Shown one piece after another: positions 1 through 10,100 of a stretch of DNA of 64,000 nucleotides. Origin of the DNA: an uncultured Gammaproteobacteria bacterium (GTDB lineage: Bacteria > Patescibacteriota > Microgenomatia > CAYSOG01); contig CAYSOG010000006.1 of the NCBI GenBank assembly GCA_964432675.1, forward strand, positions 1,824-65,823, written 5' to 3'. The position numbers were made by a program, and so were the translations under genes. Under the pieces are notes generated by a model, which saw only the letters and a program-made list of their open reading frames with translations, made no database searches and was not told the DNA's origin. How positions within the stretch are numbered: the first letter of the stretch is position 1; every line of letters begins with the position of its first letter.

Positions 1-774
1 TTCTTTCACAATGATAGGATCAGTCACAATGCCTTCAAGCGTTCGATCGACCTGCGGGTCGGAAGCTGCCAGCACCTTTGAATCATCAGGCAATGTATAT
101 GCGATTAAACTATTTTGCCGGGCAAAGTCATGAACAGTAACCTTGTCAAACCGTATACCATGGCCAATAATCCAAAGTTTTGCAAAATCAGCAACAGACA
201 AGTTTGTTGCCACCTGCCGGTTTATACCGCCGGTTAGAATTTCTGAAAAAAGCGTACCATAACCAAACAAGCGCACTCGCAGGGCTTGGACATTGTCGGC
301 TGAAAATGTTTGTGGTGCATTTAGCTTAACGAAACCGTCAATCGGCACACCAAAGACGTTTTGGGCAGTGGCAATAAAATCTTTACTGGCATTTTCCGGA
401 TTTTCTAATTTACCAACATCATAAATAGCAGAAAATCGGTATTTTGTGCCCGTTGCCGCATCACTGACATATAGATTACCTGGCATTAAAAAGACATCGG
501 CGACATTGGCAAGGTTGTCAATACTTACGAGCGCCACGCCGTCACCATAGTCGACCACCAAATTTGTTCGGCCATTATTAATAACACTATTACCACTTCG
601 TAATACCAAAAGCATTTTCCCTAACGATGTAAGATGCCAAAGCAGTAACCCAACCATAACGAAAACTGCAAGACCAAAAAATGCCTTATTAAATCTATTA
701 ACCACCCGCTGCTTCTCAACGCGGTGGACAACAGACATTTTTCGATGGCGTGGTCTGTGGGTAATCTTATTCAT
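1..774 (-). CDS. Hypothetical membrane-anchored protein, C-terminally truncated by the window edge (possibly LytR/LCP-associated; uncertain)
   Basis: ORF with reverse-strand ATG at 772-774 runs off the window start. N-terminal basic stretch plus a hydrophobic helix. Absent from the ORF track because it is incomplete. Confidence 0.45.
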   Translation of the reverse strand, partial: MNKITHRPRHRKMSVVHRVEKQRVVNRFNKAFFGLAVFVMVGLLLWHLTSLGKMLLVLRSGNSVINNGRTNLVVDYGDGVALVSIDNLANVADVFLMPGNLYVSDAATGTKYRFSAIYDVGKLENPENASKDFIATAQNVFGVPIDGFVKLNAPQTFSADNVQALRVRLFGYGTLFSEILTGGINRQVATNLSVADFAKLWIIGHGIRFDKVTVHDFARQNSLIAYTLPDDSKVLAASDPQVDRTLEGIVTDPIIVKE

Positions 775-821
775 AAACAGTAGTTCATTCTTTTTTACAA
801 AAATTGGCTATTTTAGGCTGT

Positions 822-2516
822 TTAATCCTCCAAATGGTTTTCTCGGTTTCTTCGATAAAACGCTAAGTCGTCCCAGTGTTCTGAAAGTAACCGAACAATT
901 CTTTGGCCTTCAAGAAGCAACGGAATAACCACCTCATGGGCACCGGCTTTGTACAAACTACCTGCTTCTTCTTCGTCGTTTGCGGCAACAATAATAATAG
1001 CGTCAGTTGTGGCTCGATGGACAAGTTCTAACAGCAATAAGTTGTCTTTGAGCTGGCGTATGGTTGATATAATCATGTCAGCCTCTTTGACATTGAGCTT
1101 TTCCACGACATCAGGGTCGGCAATGTCACCAAACACAACTCGGTACCCTTCATGTTCCAGTTTCTTGATAAGCTCCGGATTGTAATCGACGACTAATAGC
1201 TTATCGCCAATTTTTTCCTTCAAAAATTCCAAAAGGGGCTCACCTGCATTATGGGCACCAATAATAACGGTGTGGTGGTTTAACTCAGCTTTTGATTTAA
1301 CTGAAGCATGCTTCGTGCCCTTGCGTTCAAGGGCTATCAACAATTTACTCAGGACTGGATAAAAATGGTCATTTTGGTTTACGAATATCGAAGAAACGAG
1401 CACGGTTAAGACAGTTGTGGCGGCCATAACTGACACCATATTTGCGCTCACAAGGCCATACTGGCTGGCAGCCGCAAACAAGATGACCGAGAATTCAGAA
1501 ATTTGTGAAAGTGATGTTGCTGTGTGGTATGTGGTAAAACGGCGAAAACGTAAGAGTGAAAGAATGCAGATAAATAGCAATGGCTTAATAAATATAGCGA
1601 TAGCTGAAAATAACAATATTATTGGTAATTCTTGAACAACTTTTGAGAAAACGATTCCCATGCCCAAGTTAATAAAAAACAAAGCAATAAAGAAATCGCG
1701 AAGCGGTTTTAACCGGCCTGCGATTTGAAACCGGTATGGTGATGATGCCAAGCTTAAGCCACCTAGAAAAGCCCCAATTTCTAACGAAAAACCGAGAATA
1801 TTAGCTAGCGCGATGAAGATGAAGCACCAAGATATGGCCGAAAAAAACAAGAGTTCAGGGCTTTTGGCGATTAACGAGAACAACTTATTGATAAATACTT
1901 TACTGAGAAATAGGATAATTGCAACAAAGGCAATGGTTTTTGCACCTAGAATGAAGAATGGCGAAAAGTTGGCAATCCCCTGGGTTGCAAGTGATGCAGT
2001 TAAAGACAAAACCATCAACGCCAATATTGCGACCAGGTCTTCAATAAGCAGAATACCAATCGCTATTCGACCATGGAGCGTGGTTATTTCCTGCTTATCG
2101 ACAAGCAATTTAATAATGACTATCGTACTGCTAAATGAGAGCGCCAAACCGATAAAGACCGCCTCTAGGGTAGCAAATCCCAAAAAGCTCACCAATACTG
2201 CTACTAATGTAGTCGTCAAGGCCATTTGGGTAAGACTGGCCAGAATAATCGGTTTGCCAACGAGACGTAATTCGCGGATATCAAGCTCTATACCAATCAA
2301 AAAGAGTAAAAAAGCGATACCAATTGAGGGTAGCTGTTCTAAAATCCCATGGGCATTGCCGGCGTTTAATTGAAAGAAGCTAATCGCCACACCGGTAATA
2401 ATATACGCTGCCACAAGGGGTTGTTTTAAAAAATACAAAACAATACCACACGAAGTGGCAACGCCTAAAACAAGCGCAAATTGTATAAAGATATCAGTCT
2501 GCATGGGCAGCAACAA
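822..2516 (-). CDS. CPA2-family cation:proton antiporter (KefB/KefC-like) with C-terminal RCK/TrkA-N domain
   Basis: Polytopic N-terminal half typical of Na+/H+ exchanger and KefB proteins. C-terminal 'VIIGAHNAGEPLLEFL...VVDYNPE' Rossmann-like RCK domain. Confidence 0.8.
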   Translation of the reverse strand: MLLPMQTDIFIQFALVLGVATSCGIVLYFLKQPLVAAYIITGVAISFFQLNAGNAHGILEQLPSIGIAFLLFLIGIELDIRELRLVGKPIILASLTQMALTTTLVAVLVSFLGFATLEAVFIGLALSFSSTIVIIKLLVDKQEITTLHGRIAIGILLIEDLVAILALMVLSLTASLATQGIANFSPFFILGAKTIAFVAIILFLSKVFINKLFSLIAKSPELLFFSAISWCFIFIALANILGFSLEIGAFLGGLSLASSPYRFQIAGRLKPLRDFFIALFFINLGMGIVFSKVVQELPIILLFSAIAIFIKPLLFICILSLLRFRRFTTYHTATSLSQISEFSVILFAAASQYGLVSANMVSVMAATTVLTVLVSSIFVNQNDHFYPVLSKLLIALERKGTKHASVKSKAELNHHTVIIGAHNAGEPLLEFLKEKIGDKLLVVDYNPELIKKLEHEGYRVVFGDIADPDVVEKLNVKEADMIISTIRQLKDNLLLLELVHRATTDAIIIVAANDEEEAGSLYKAGAHEVVIPLLLEGQRIVRLLSEHWDDLAFYRRNRENHLED

Positions 2517-2628
2517 AAATCAAAAAGTAAAAAATTAAAAATCAACATTATTATCCGAGCATTCCAGACACATGAAACGACACTGCCAATATACGGCTAT
2601 GGGATCGCCTGACGCACTTACAAAATTG

Positions 2629-3387
2629 CTAATTGTTAATCTTCAACCTTTTTAACGCTTCCTCAAGGTCAAACGGCAATGGCGATGAAAATATCATTAC
2701 CTTTCCTGTTTCCGGGTGCTCTAATGATAATTTTTCAGCATGGAGAAACTGCCTGGCACACCATAACAAATCAAGTTTGAGTAACTTCCTGCTACCATAT
2801 ACTGTATCAGATACAATAGGATGCCGTAAAGAATGAAGATGAACGCGCAGTTGGTGGGTACGACCGGTCTTCGGGAAAAGACGGACAAGGCTGTATGCAA
2901 CTGCCTGTTGCTGATAATAGCGCCGCTGGTTTTTATTCAACTGGGGCAGTAAATGCTGGATTGTTTCGGCCGGCATTTCGTAGGTTTGTTCAACTTGCCA
3001 CCGCGTTTCAGATTCCCTGCCATTTGCAAGAACAGTAAACTTATGTCGATTATACGGATTTCGGGCAATACTAACCTTAATTTCCCCTTCTGGCTTCTCG
3101 AAGTAATTATGTGTTAGGGCAACGTATTCCTTCCGCACTTGTCTGCCAGCAAATTGGGCTTGTAGGTTTGCCATGGCCGCTGCTGTTTTCGCAAGAACCA
3201 GTAACCCCGACGTATCTTTGTCTAGTCGATGAACAATACCAGCACGTTCTATCTTGCGATGAAACTCTTTCTCAAGGTACGCTTCTAATGTTTCTTCCTT
3301 TTGGGTTTCCGCACGGTTTACAACTAGTCCTGCAGGTTTATCTATAACAAGAAGAAATTCATCTTCGTAGATGACAACAAGTTGCAT
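2629..3387 (-). CDS. RluA-family pseudouridine synthase
   Basis: 'HRLDKDTSGLLVLAKT' catalytic motif of RluA/RluD pseudouridine synthases. Confidence 0.85.
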   Translation of the reverse strand: MQLVVIYEDEFLLVIDKPAGLVVNRAETQKEETLEAYLEKEFHRKIERAGIVHRLDKDTSGLLVLAKTAAAMANLQAQFAGRQVRKEYVALTHNYFEKPEGEIKVSIARNPYNRHKFTVLANGRESETRWQVEQTYEMPAETIQHLLPQLNKNQRRYYQQQAVAYSLVRLFPKTGRTHQLRVHLHSLRHPIVSDTVYGSRKLLKLDLLWCARQFLHAEKLSLEHPETGKVMIFSSPLPFDLEEALKRLKINN

Positions 3388-3408
3388 ATTATCTCTTGGC
3401 GCTTTACG

Positions 3409-4287
3409 CTATTTTATGAAATATTGATAAAAGGTATTTGACAGCTGGGCTTCAGTTTCTATACCGTCTTGCGGCGTCGACAAACCCTTGGCCATCAAAA
3501 CAATAACGTAGACTTGTTTGCCCGCGGTAACAATACCGATATCATGGCGGACATCATCTAAATCACCCGTCTTGTCAGCAACAGTTACACTGGCTGGTAA
3601 GTATTTTGCTATACGGTCGGCAATTTGCTGTTTGGCCATTAGTGTATAAATATTGTCACGAGCGGATTTTGACATACCTTGGCCATTGTAAATTTTTTCA
3701 AGCAGCACCATCATATCTTTTGGTGTGGTTGTAAAGTGATTATCAAAATAGGTGTTTTGCATGCCTAAACTATTTGTGAATTGTTGGATTTTCGGCCAGC
3801 CTAAAATGGCGGCTAAATTTTCGGCTAAATCTTCCTCGCTTCTTGTAATAATCGGTTCCCTACCGGTTGCGACCGTAAATCCAGCGCCTAAATCTGCATT
3901 AGGATCAAGGTTGCCCTTTTCCTCCTCAACATACGATGTCAAAACCAGCGGCACTTTGTATGTTGACGCCATTAAAAACGGTTCGTTTTCATTTTGGAAA
4001 AAAGTTTCGCCAGTGGTTAAATTTTTGACAGCAATGCCAAATGTCCCAGGTGTCGTGCTTTCCAGCGTTGTAACTTTCTCTTTCAGTGGTAAATCAGCCG
4101 GAAGTGCAATCGGCGTACCCGGTGGCCGACTAGTAGCCGAATCTTGGGCCTGGACATTACCTGTATCTGGCCGGTGTTGTGGTAGTTGCTTTGTGTCATT
4201 CTTAAACCAAACGAAGCCTGCTATGACAGAACTAAGTAATATACACAAAATGAATAACCGGTAGTAGGCGTTATTTTTTCGACGCAT
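3409..4287 (-). CDS. Class A beta-lactamase-like serine hydrolase, membrane-anchored
   Basis: N-terminal TM helix, 'STYK' (SxxK) motif and C-terminal 'KTGD' motif, as in class A beta-lactamases and penicillin-binding serine hydrolases. Confidence 0.65.
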   Translation of the reverse strand: MRRKNNAYYRLFILCILLSSVIAGFVWFKNDTKQLPQHRPDTGNVQAQDSATSRPPGTPIALPADLPLKEKVTTLESTTPGTFGIAVKNLTTGETFFQNENEPFLMASTYKVPLVLTSYVEEEKGNLDPNADLGAGFTVATGREPIITRSEEDLAENLAAILGWPKIQQFTNSLGMQNTYFDNHFTTTPKDMMVLLEKIYNGQGMSKSARDNIYTLMAKQQIADRIAKYLPASVTVADKTGDLDDVRHDIGIVTAGKQVYVIVLMAKGLSTPQDGIETEAQLSNTFYQYFIK

Positions 4288-4342
4288 GTTCTTATCTTAC
4301 CGCATTTAGGCTCGGCAGGAAAGCCGCAGCGCTCTCATAGCC

Positions 4343-5620
4343 TTACCCAAGCCATACATCCTTTAATTTTAGAAGCTGTCCGTCCAATATGGCCTGACGC
4401 ATCTGGGCTACGAGGTGCACCAAAAAATAGACATTGTGATATGTAGCTAAATGGTAGCCGGTGAGTTCGTTTGTCACAAAGAGATGGCGTAAATAAGCCC
4501 GTGAGAAATTCTGGCAGGTATAACACATGCAGGTTTTATCGATTGGTGCCTTATCGCTACGGAATTGTGTATTGAAAATATTAAGCCGGAACTTATTTTT
4601 TGCATTGCCGCCCGATTTGGGACTAATGAGAAGAGCTCCATTTCTGGCCCACCGCGTTGGTGTAACGCAATCGAACATATCCATGCCGCGCTCGATACAG
4701 TTGAAGAGATCATCGATGTCGCCGATGCCTAAGAGGTGCCGCGGCTTATCTTCCGGCAAGAACGGTTCTACCCATTCACAGGTTTCGTACATGATTGGCT
4801 TTGGCTCCCCCACCGAAACACCGCCGATACATATCCCGTCGACCGCTAAATTAGCGATGAATTTTGCGCTTTCTTTCCGGAGTGAGCGTGAAATACCACC
4901 TTGGACGATGCCAAAAAGAAGCTGGTGCTGACTGGACTGTAGTCTTGTATGTTCATCCAGTGACCGGACAGCCCAGCGGTGTGTTCGATCAGTTGCGGCA
5001 TGAGTATATTCGTCGGTGGATGGATACGGCGGGCACTCATCAAACGCTAAAATAATGTCGGCGCCTAACTTATGCTGCGTTTGGATCGATATTTCCGGCG
5101 TAAACCGATGGACTGAGCCATCAATATGCGATTGGAATGTCACCCCATCTTCATCTATTCTTGCTAAGAGATCGATATCCCCCACTCCTTCTATAGTGGC
5201 CCGGACTTTCTTCCCGTTTTGCGCTTCCCGCTTTCCGCTTTTCCCCAGTCCGAGCGAAAACACTTGAAAACCACCCGAATCAGTTAAGATCGGTTTATCC
5301 CAAGACTGAAAGGCATGAACGCCTCCAAGTTTTTGGACCAAATCAGCCCCTGGGCGTAAATAAAGATGGTAAGTATTATTTAGGATAATTTGGGCGCCAA
5401 TTTCATCCAATTCCTTTGGCGTCAAACTTTTTACCGTTGCCTGTGTGCCCACCGGCATAAATACCGGTGTCTGAATTCGTCCATGCGCCGTTTCAAAAAA
5501 ACCCGCCCGGGCTTTTGTTTTGCTGTCTTGTTGTTCAATTTGAAATATGCCCATACTGGCCAATTCTACCAGAACAAGTATGAGGGAACAATCAAAAGTG
5601 GAATTTCCACGTACTGTCAC
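4343..5620 (-). CDS. tgt: Queuine tRNA-ribosyltransferase (tRNA-guanine transglycosylase)
   Basis: 'MFDCVTPTRWARNG' and zinc-site 'CMCYTCQNFSRAYLRHL' hallmarks of Tgt. Confidence 0.9.
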   Translation of the reverse strand: MTVRGNSTFDCSLILVLVELASMGIFQIEQQDSKTKARAGFFETAHGRIQTPVFMPVGTQATVKSLTPKELDEIGAQIILNNTYHLYLRPGADLVQKLGGVHAFQSWDKPILTDSGGFQVFSLGLGKSGKREAQNGKKVRATIEGVGDIDLLARIDEDGVTFQSHIDGSVHRFTPEISIQTQHKLGADIILAFDECPPYPSTDEYTHAATDRTHRWAVRSLDEHTRLQSSQHQLLFGIVQGGISRSLRKESAKFIANLAVDGICIGGVSVGEPKPIMYETCEWVEPFLPEDKPRHLLGIGDIDDLFNCIERGMDMFDCVTPTRWARNGALLISPKSGGNAKNKFRLNIFNTQFRSDKAPIDKTCMCYTCQNFSRAYLRHLFVTNELTGYHLATYHNVYFLVHLVAQMRQAILDGQLLKLKDVWLG

Positions 5621-6794
5621 CTTGAATTACAAGTTCATTTTTCTTATACTAAATAACATTATGACAACACAAAGTGAAACAGAAGTGAAAGCTACACAAC
5701 AAGAAGCGCTTGATGCAATGCTCACTGACTGGGCGACAAGTACGGAAACAGAAGTTAGTCCGAACTTAGTCTCAAAAGGGATTAATCTTTTGCCAGCACT
5801 CGGTACTCATCTAACACAAGACCTACCTATTCAAGAACTTGAAAGATATGAGGAAGTTTTTAAAGCGGTGTTAGCAAATATTCTTAAAGACGGCCCAGTT
5901 GACGGTGATTCCGCTAGACGTTTAGCACAATTCCAAAATGAGATCGGCTTTTTAGACAAATACAAATCATACACCATTAAGGCTGCTACACCACTAGGTT
6001 ACTCAATCTTTTTGCAAGAACAGGGCGAAGGTTTTAGTTATCAACAACACCCAGATCATAAAATCGAGGGTTTTCATATTCTCAAAAAGAAACCCGGAGG
6101 ATTCATGTTTATATGTAGTCTGAATGAATGGCAAGAAGTTTATGACAAAGAACGGTTTGCAAAATGGCTTGACGGCACCCCAGATGAGGCATATGACAAG
6201 TTCCGCTACGACCCTGAACCAGGCGATATGCTCATAATGGATCAGACTGGAATTGTTCATACCGTTGTCGGCTGCGAGTTACAAGAGTTCGCGACTGTTT
6301 CAACTGATATGGTTGACCGATTATACGATCAGAATGCCGGCAAACCAATCCCTTCAAAATATAATCGGCAATATGCCATTAATGAAATCAATCAAATTAC
6401 ATTCCCTACTCACGCCCGCAATGTCTATCGAGATGAAAATGGCTGGCATGCAGAACCAATATCACCAGAACCAATAAAAGGCGGGCAAATGCTTCGACTA
6501 GCCCATATCGGGGACGCTATAGCCACGCAACTAACGGTGGATCCACAACAAAAAACTGACATCATGCACGATACAATAAACTGTGCAGAAATTTATATTG
6601 CAAATGGCAACGGAAAGCTTATTCTGGCCGATGACACAGAGATGAAAGGCAGCAACTTACCAACAATTGAGGCAAAAAAGGGGAATTTATTTTTTATTCC
6701 AGCAGGGTCACATTATGGATTTATTAATGAATCCTCTGATCCTTTTATATTGACACAGCACCAAATACCACTTGAAGTAGCATTCCATCAATAA
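5547..6794 (+). CDS. Hypothetical protein with C-terminal cupin-like domain (likely start at 5661, 'MTTQSE')
   Basis: Long ORF with cupin-like C-terminal segment 'GNLFFIPAGSHYGFINESSDPFIL'. The upstream part of the ORF overlaps the tgt start in a divergent arrangement. Confidence 0.55.
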   Translation: MPILANSTRTSMREQSKVEFPRTVTLNYKFIFLILNNIMTTQSETEVKATQQEALDAMLTDWATSTETEVSPNLVSKGINLLPALGTHLTQDLPIQELERYEEVFKAVLANILKDGPVDGDSARRLAQFQNEIGFLDKYKSYTIKAATPLGYSIFLQEQGEGFSYQQHPDHKIEGFHILKKKPGGFMFICSLNEWQEVYDKERFAKWLDGTPDEAYDKFRYDPEPGDMLIMDQTGIVHTVVGCELQEFATVSTDMVDRLYDQNAGKPIPSKYNRQYAINEINQITFPTHARNVYRDENGWHAEPISPEPIKGGQMLRLAHIGDAIATQLTVDPQQKTDIMHDTINCAEIYIANGNGKLILADDTEMKGSNLPTIEAKKGNLFFIPAGSHYGFINESSDPFILTQHQIPLEVAFHQ

Positions 6795-6923
6795 AACATA
6801 AACGGTTGGAGTGTAAAAAGTAGATAACTATTGCCAATACAGAGATTTTTCGCTATAATCCCCGTAAGAAGTATAATTTACTCGCTCTTTCAGAAATTGA
6901 TCTTTCAGATACCGAAGATGAAC

Positions 6924-6976
6924 CTGGCCACCAAAGCTTTGGCTAATATAGAGCGGTCACCGCCTTTGGTGGCCAG
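6924..6976 (+). terminator. Strong hairpin (13-bp perfect stem CTGGCCACCAAAG/CTTTGGTGGCCAG, 27-nt loop) downstream of the cupin gene; possible terminator or insulator
   Basis: Perfect inverted repeat read directly from the sequence. The loop contains a 12-bp palindrome, CCAAAGCTTTGG. A T-rich stretch follows. Confidence 0.45.
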
Positions 6977-7138
6977 AAAATCTCTGGTATCTTTTATTTT
7001 ACCAAAATTCCCCCAATTTCATAAGTCTTATACGTCTGATATGTCCAATAGGACTTAATGCCCCTTGCATTTCTGCTTGACCACCTTAGAAGTAATAAGC
7101 TTTAAAGCCACTTCCCTAACTGAACTTTTAAACAGGTC

Positions 7139-7167
7139 TTGACACGTTTAGAACAAACAAATACAAT
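7139..7167 (+). promoter_or_regulatory. Sigma70-like promoter TTGACA-17-TACAAT for the large secreted protein; near-leaderless
   Basis: TTGACA at 7139-7144, 17-nt spacer, TACAAT at 7162-7167. The ATG is at 7176. Confidence 0.5.
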
Positions 7168-7175
7168 CCATATCA

Positions 7176-10100
7176 ATGTTTTTTAGGCTTGGGTTACCTG
7201 CCGGCCTATTATTTTTTACCTTTTTTATCCTGCTCCCCCACCCCGTGTTCGCTGCGTCGTGGCAAAAAGTTAGCAATTTGCCAACCACAAATATTAGTAG
7301 TTTTGCTTCAATTGACGCTGGTATATTTGCAGCTGATAATCAGACGACTTTTTCAAGACAATCTGAAAACGGTATTTACCAAATTTTAGTGGACGGATCA
7401 GCTGCGACAAAGACTTTCTCTAATTCACAGTTTTGGGTTAATAGTTTAATTTCGGTTGGTAATACCATGTATGCCACAACTTTTCAGGACACTACTTTCG
7501 GCCAAGGCGGCGTTTATAAATCTGTTGATAATGGCGCATCGTGGCAATTAACTAGTCTAACCCCAACGCATACAAAGTATTTAGCTGGAAATTCAGCCGT
7601 ACTTTTGGCCGCAAGTAATACAACAATGTGGCGTTCGGCTGATAGCGGTGCTACTTGGACACCAGTTATGCAGTTTGGTTCATTCGAACAGTTTTTAGCA
7701 ATTTCCATTGCTGGCAACACTGCTTTCGCATCCAGTACAAATGCTTTATATCGTTCGACAGATGGTGGCACAAACTGGCAAGCTATCACTATTCCTCAAC
7801 TGACCAAACAGTTCTTAGGCCAAAACGGTAATCTTGTATTAGCTGGCGGAAATGCCCAAGGCTTAATGCGGTCAACTGACAGTGGCAATTCATGGCAAAT
7901 TATTAATGATGCTTCGTATGGCGGTGAACAACCAGTTGGACCATTTACTTTTGCACCAAATGGAAATATTTATGCCGGTGGCTATACCATGTCATCTGGC
8001 GGCTACAATACCGGAACGATGTTTTCTTCTTCAGACAATGGCGCAACATGGACAAAAATTGATGCCGGTATTACCCATAGTCTTTCAAGCACACAAGCTG
8101 TCCAGGCAGTTTTAGCAACTTCTAACAAAGTATTCATATCACTTTTGCAAGGTGACGTATTTGTTTTGGACACAACGCCGCCACTTGCTCCAGCTAAAAC
8201 ACCACTCATTTTAATTCCGGGCATTGGTGGCAGCGAATTTACCGCTTCTTCTGCCATTACTCATGCTGCAACCGATGGCCATGGTGGCACTTTTTCACAC
8301 AACTATGATGCTGGAGAATTACTGTGGGTTAATATCGCGCAAGCCTTACTACCTGGTACCGATGATTACTTTGATGTTTTACGCATGAATACAGATGGTA
8401 CTACACCCTTACACAATGAAGTTACTTTAGATGGCAGTGTTGTACCACAGGCATATGGCAATTTTGTGAAGTTCTTTACGGATAATGGTTATGTGTTGAA
8501 CAAGGATTTGTTCCTTTATCCATATGATTGGCGTAAAGATGTTACAATATCAGCTTTTTTACTGGATGGTCGCGTTAACCAAGTATTACAACAAACTGGT
8601 ACCACAAAGGTCGATATTGTCGCCCACAGTTTAGGTGGTCTTATTGCAAGAAAGTATACTGCCGATGCCAGTAATGCTACAAAGGTCCGAAAGCAAATAA
8701 CACTCGGTGCACCATTTTTAGGATCTGTTAACTCTCTTAAAGCTCTACGTTATGGAACCTGTGTTGATTACATACTCTTAAATAATTGCATGGGTATTAA
8801 TAAGGAAGAAATTAAGGATGTTGTCCAAAACATGACGAGCAACTTTGAACTTTTACCAGACCAAAATTACTATACTATTTACGATAATTCAGACAGGAAT
8901 CACCCCTATCCATTCCGTGATGATCGAGATATTGATAATAATGGCGTAACCGGTGCTTTAAATTATGATCAAACGAAAACCCTATTAACTAATCTGCAGC
9001 ATAATACTTCGTTATTTAATCCATCGGAGCAATTTCACACAGTCGACAATACCCTAGCCCAAACAAATGGCGTCGAAATATATACTATCGCTGGCTCTGG
9101 TAAATGTACTCTTGGCAATGTTAGAGAGTTTTCGAAAATAAACTTCTTAGGGCAAGCAGTAAATAAAACCGAAGAAAGTACTATTAATGGCGACGGGACG
9201 GTGCCACTTTTTAGTGCCTCGTTAACTGATACCACAAAAAACTTTAACCTTGCAGGTCAAACTAAGGTCTATTATACGAATCAAGAACACAGCGCGTTAA
9301 CAAGCAATGGCTCTGCCCTGCAACTTGCGAAAGCGATCCTAAATGGTGACTCTACCCTACCAACTGGAGTTAGTAGTAGTGCTTACAAAGCAAGCTGCAA
9401 GCAAATTAGCGTCTTAAGCCCGGTGACTGTCGATGTTTATGACACAAATGGCAATCATACTGGTCCTACAGCTAATGGTGGTTTTGAAACGAATATTCCA
9501 GGCAGCAGTTATGATGAAATTAACGAAGGCAAAACGGTAGTTTTACCAGAAGATGGCCAGTACACAATAAAGTTAAAGGCTACTGATAACGGCTCGTTCG
9601 ACCTGAAAGTGAAAGATATTACCAATGATGCACCCACGCAAGAATTAGTTTACTCAGATGTACCAATAACATTAAGTTCTGCGGCAACACTTGTTGTTGA
9701 CCAATCCCAGCCGTCTCCACAATTACAACTTGATAGTAATGGTGATGGCACAACTGATCAAAACATATCCCCCACTACCTTAGCCGGTAATACGGCAAAT
9801 GACACGGCTGCTCCAAAAACGTCTATAAATGTATCAGGTACACAAGGATATGGGAATTGGTATAAAAGCAGTGTTACAGTGACATTACAAGCGAATGATG
9901 AAATAGGCGGATCTAGTGTTGCCAAAACAGAATATTCACTTGATGGCGGTAAAACTGTTCAATTATATAACCAGCCATTTGTTATATCTGCGGAAGGGAC
10001 GACAAATCTAAAAGTTCGTTCAATGGATAATGCCGGTAATCAAGAAGTGTTCGTAACGAAAGATATATTAATAGATAAAACGCCACCTGAAGCTATAATC

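Noticed and set aside
7189-9235. Small nested ORFs inside the large secreted-protein gene and other long genes (for example 7189-7389, 7514-7789, 8003-8257).
   Set aside because: They are fully embedded in, or antisense to, well-supported long genes and have no independent signals.
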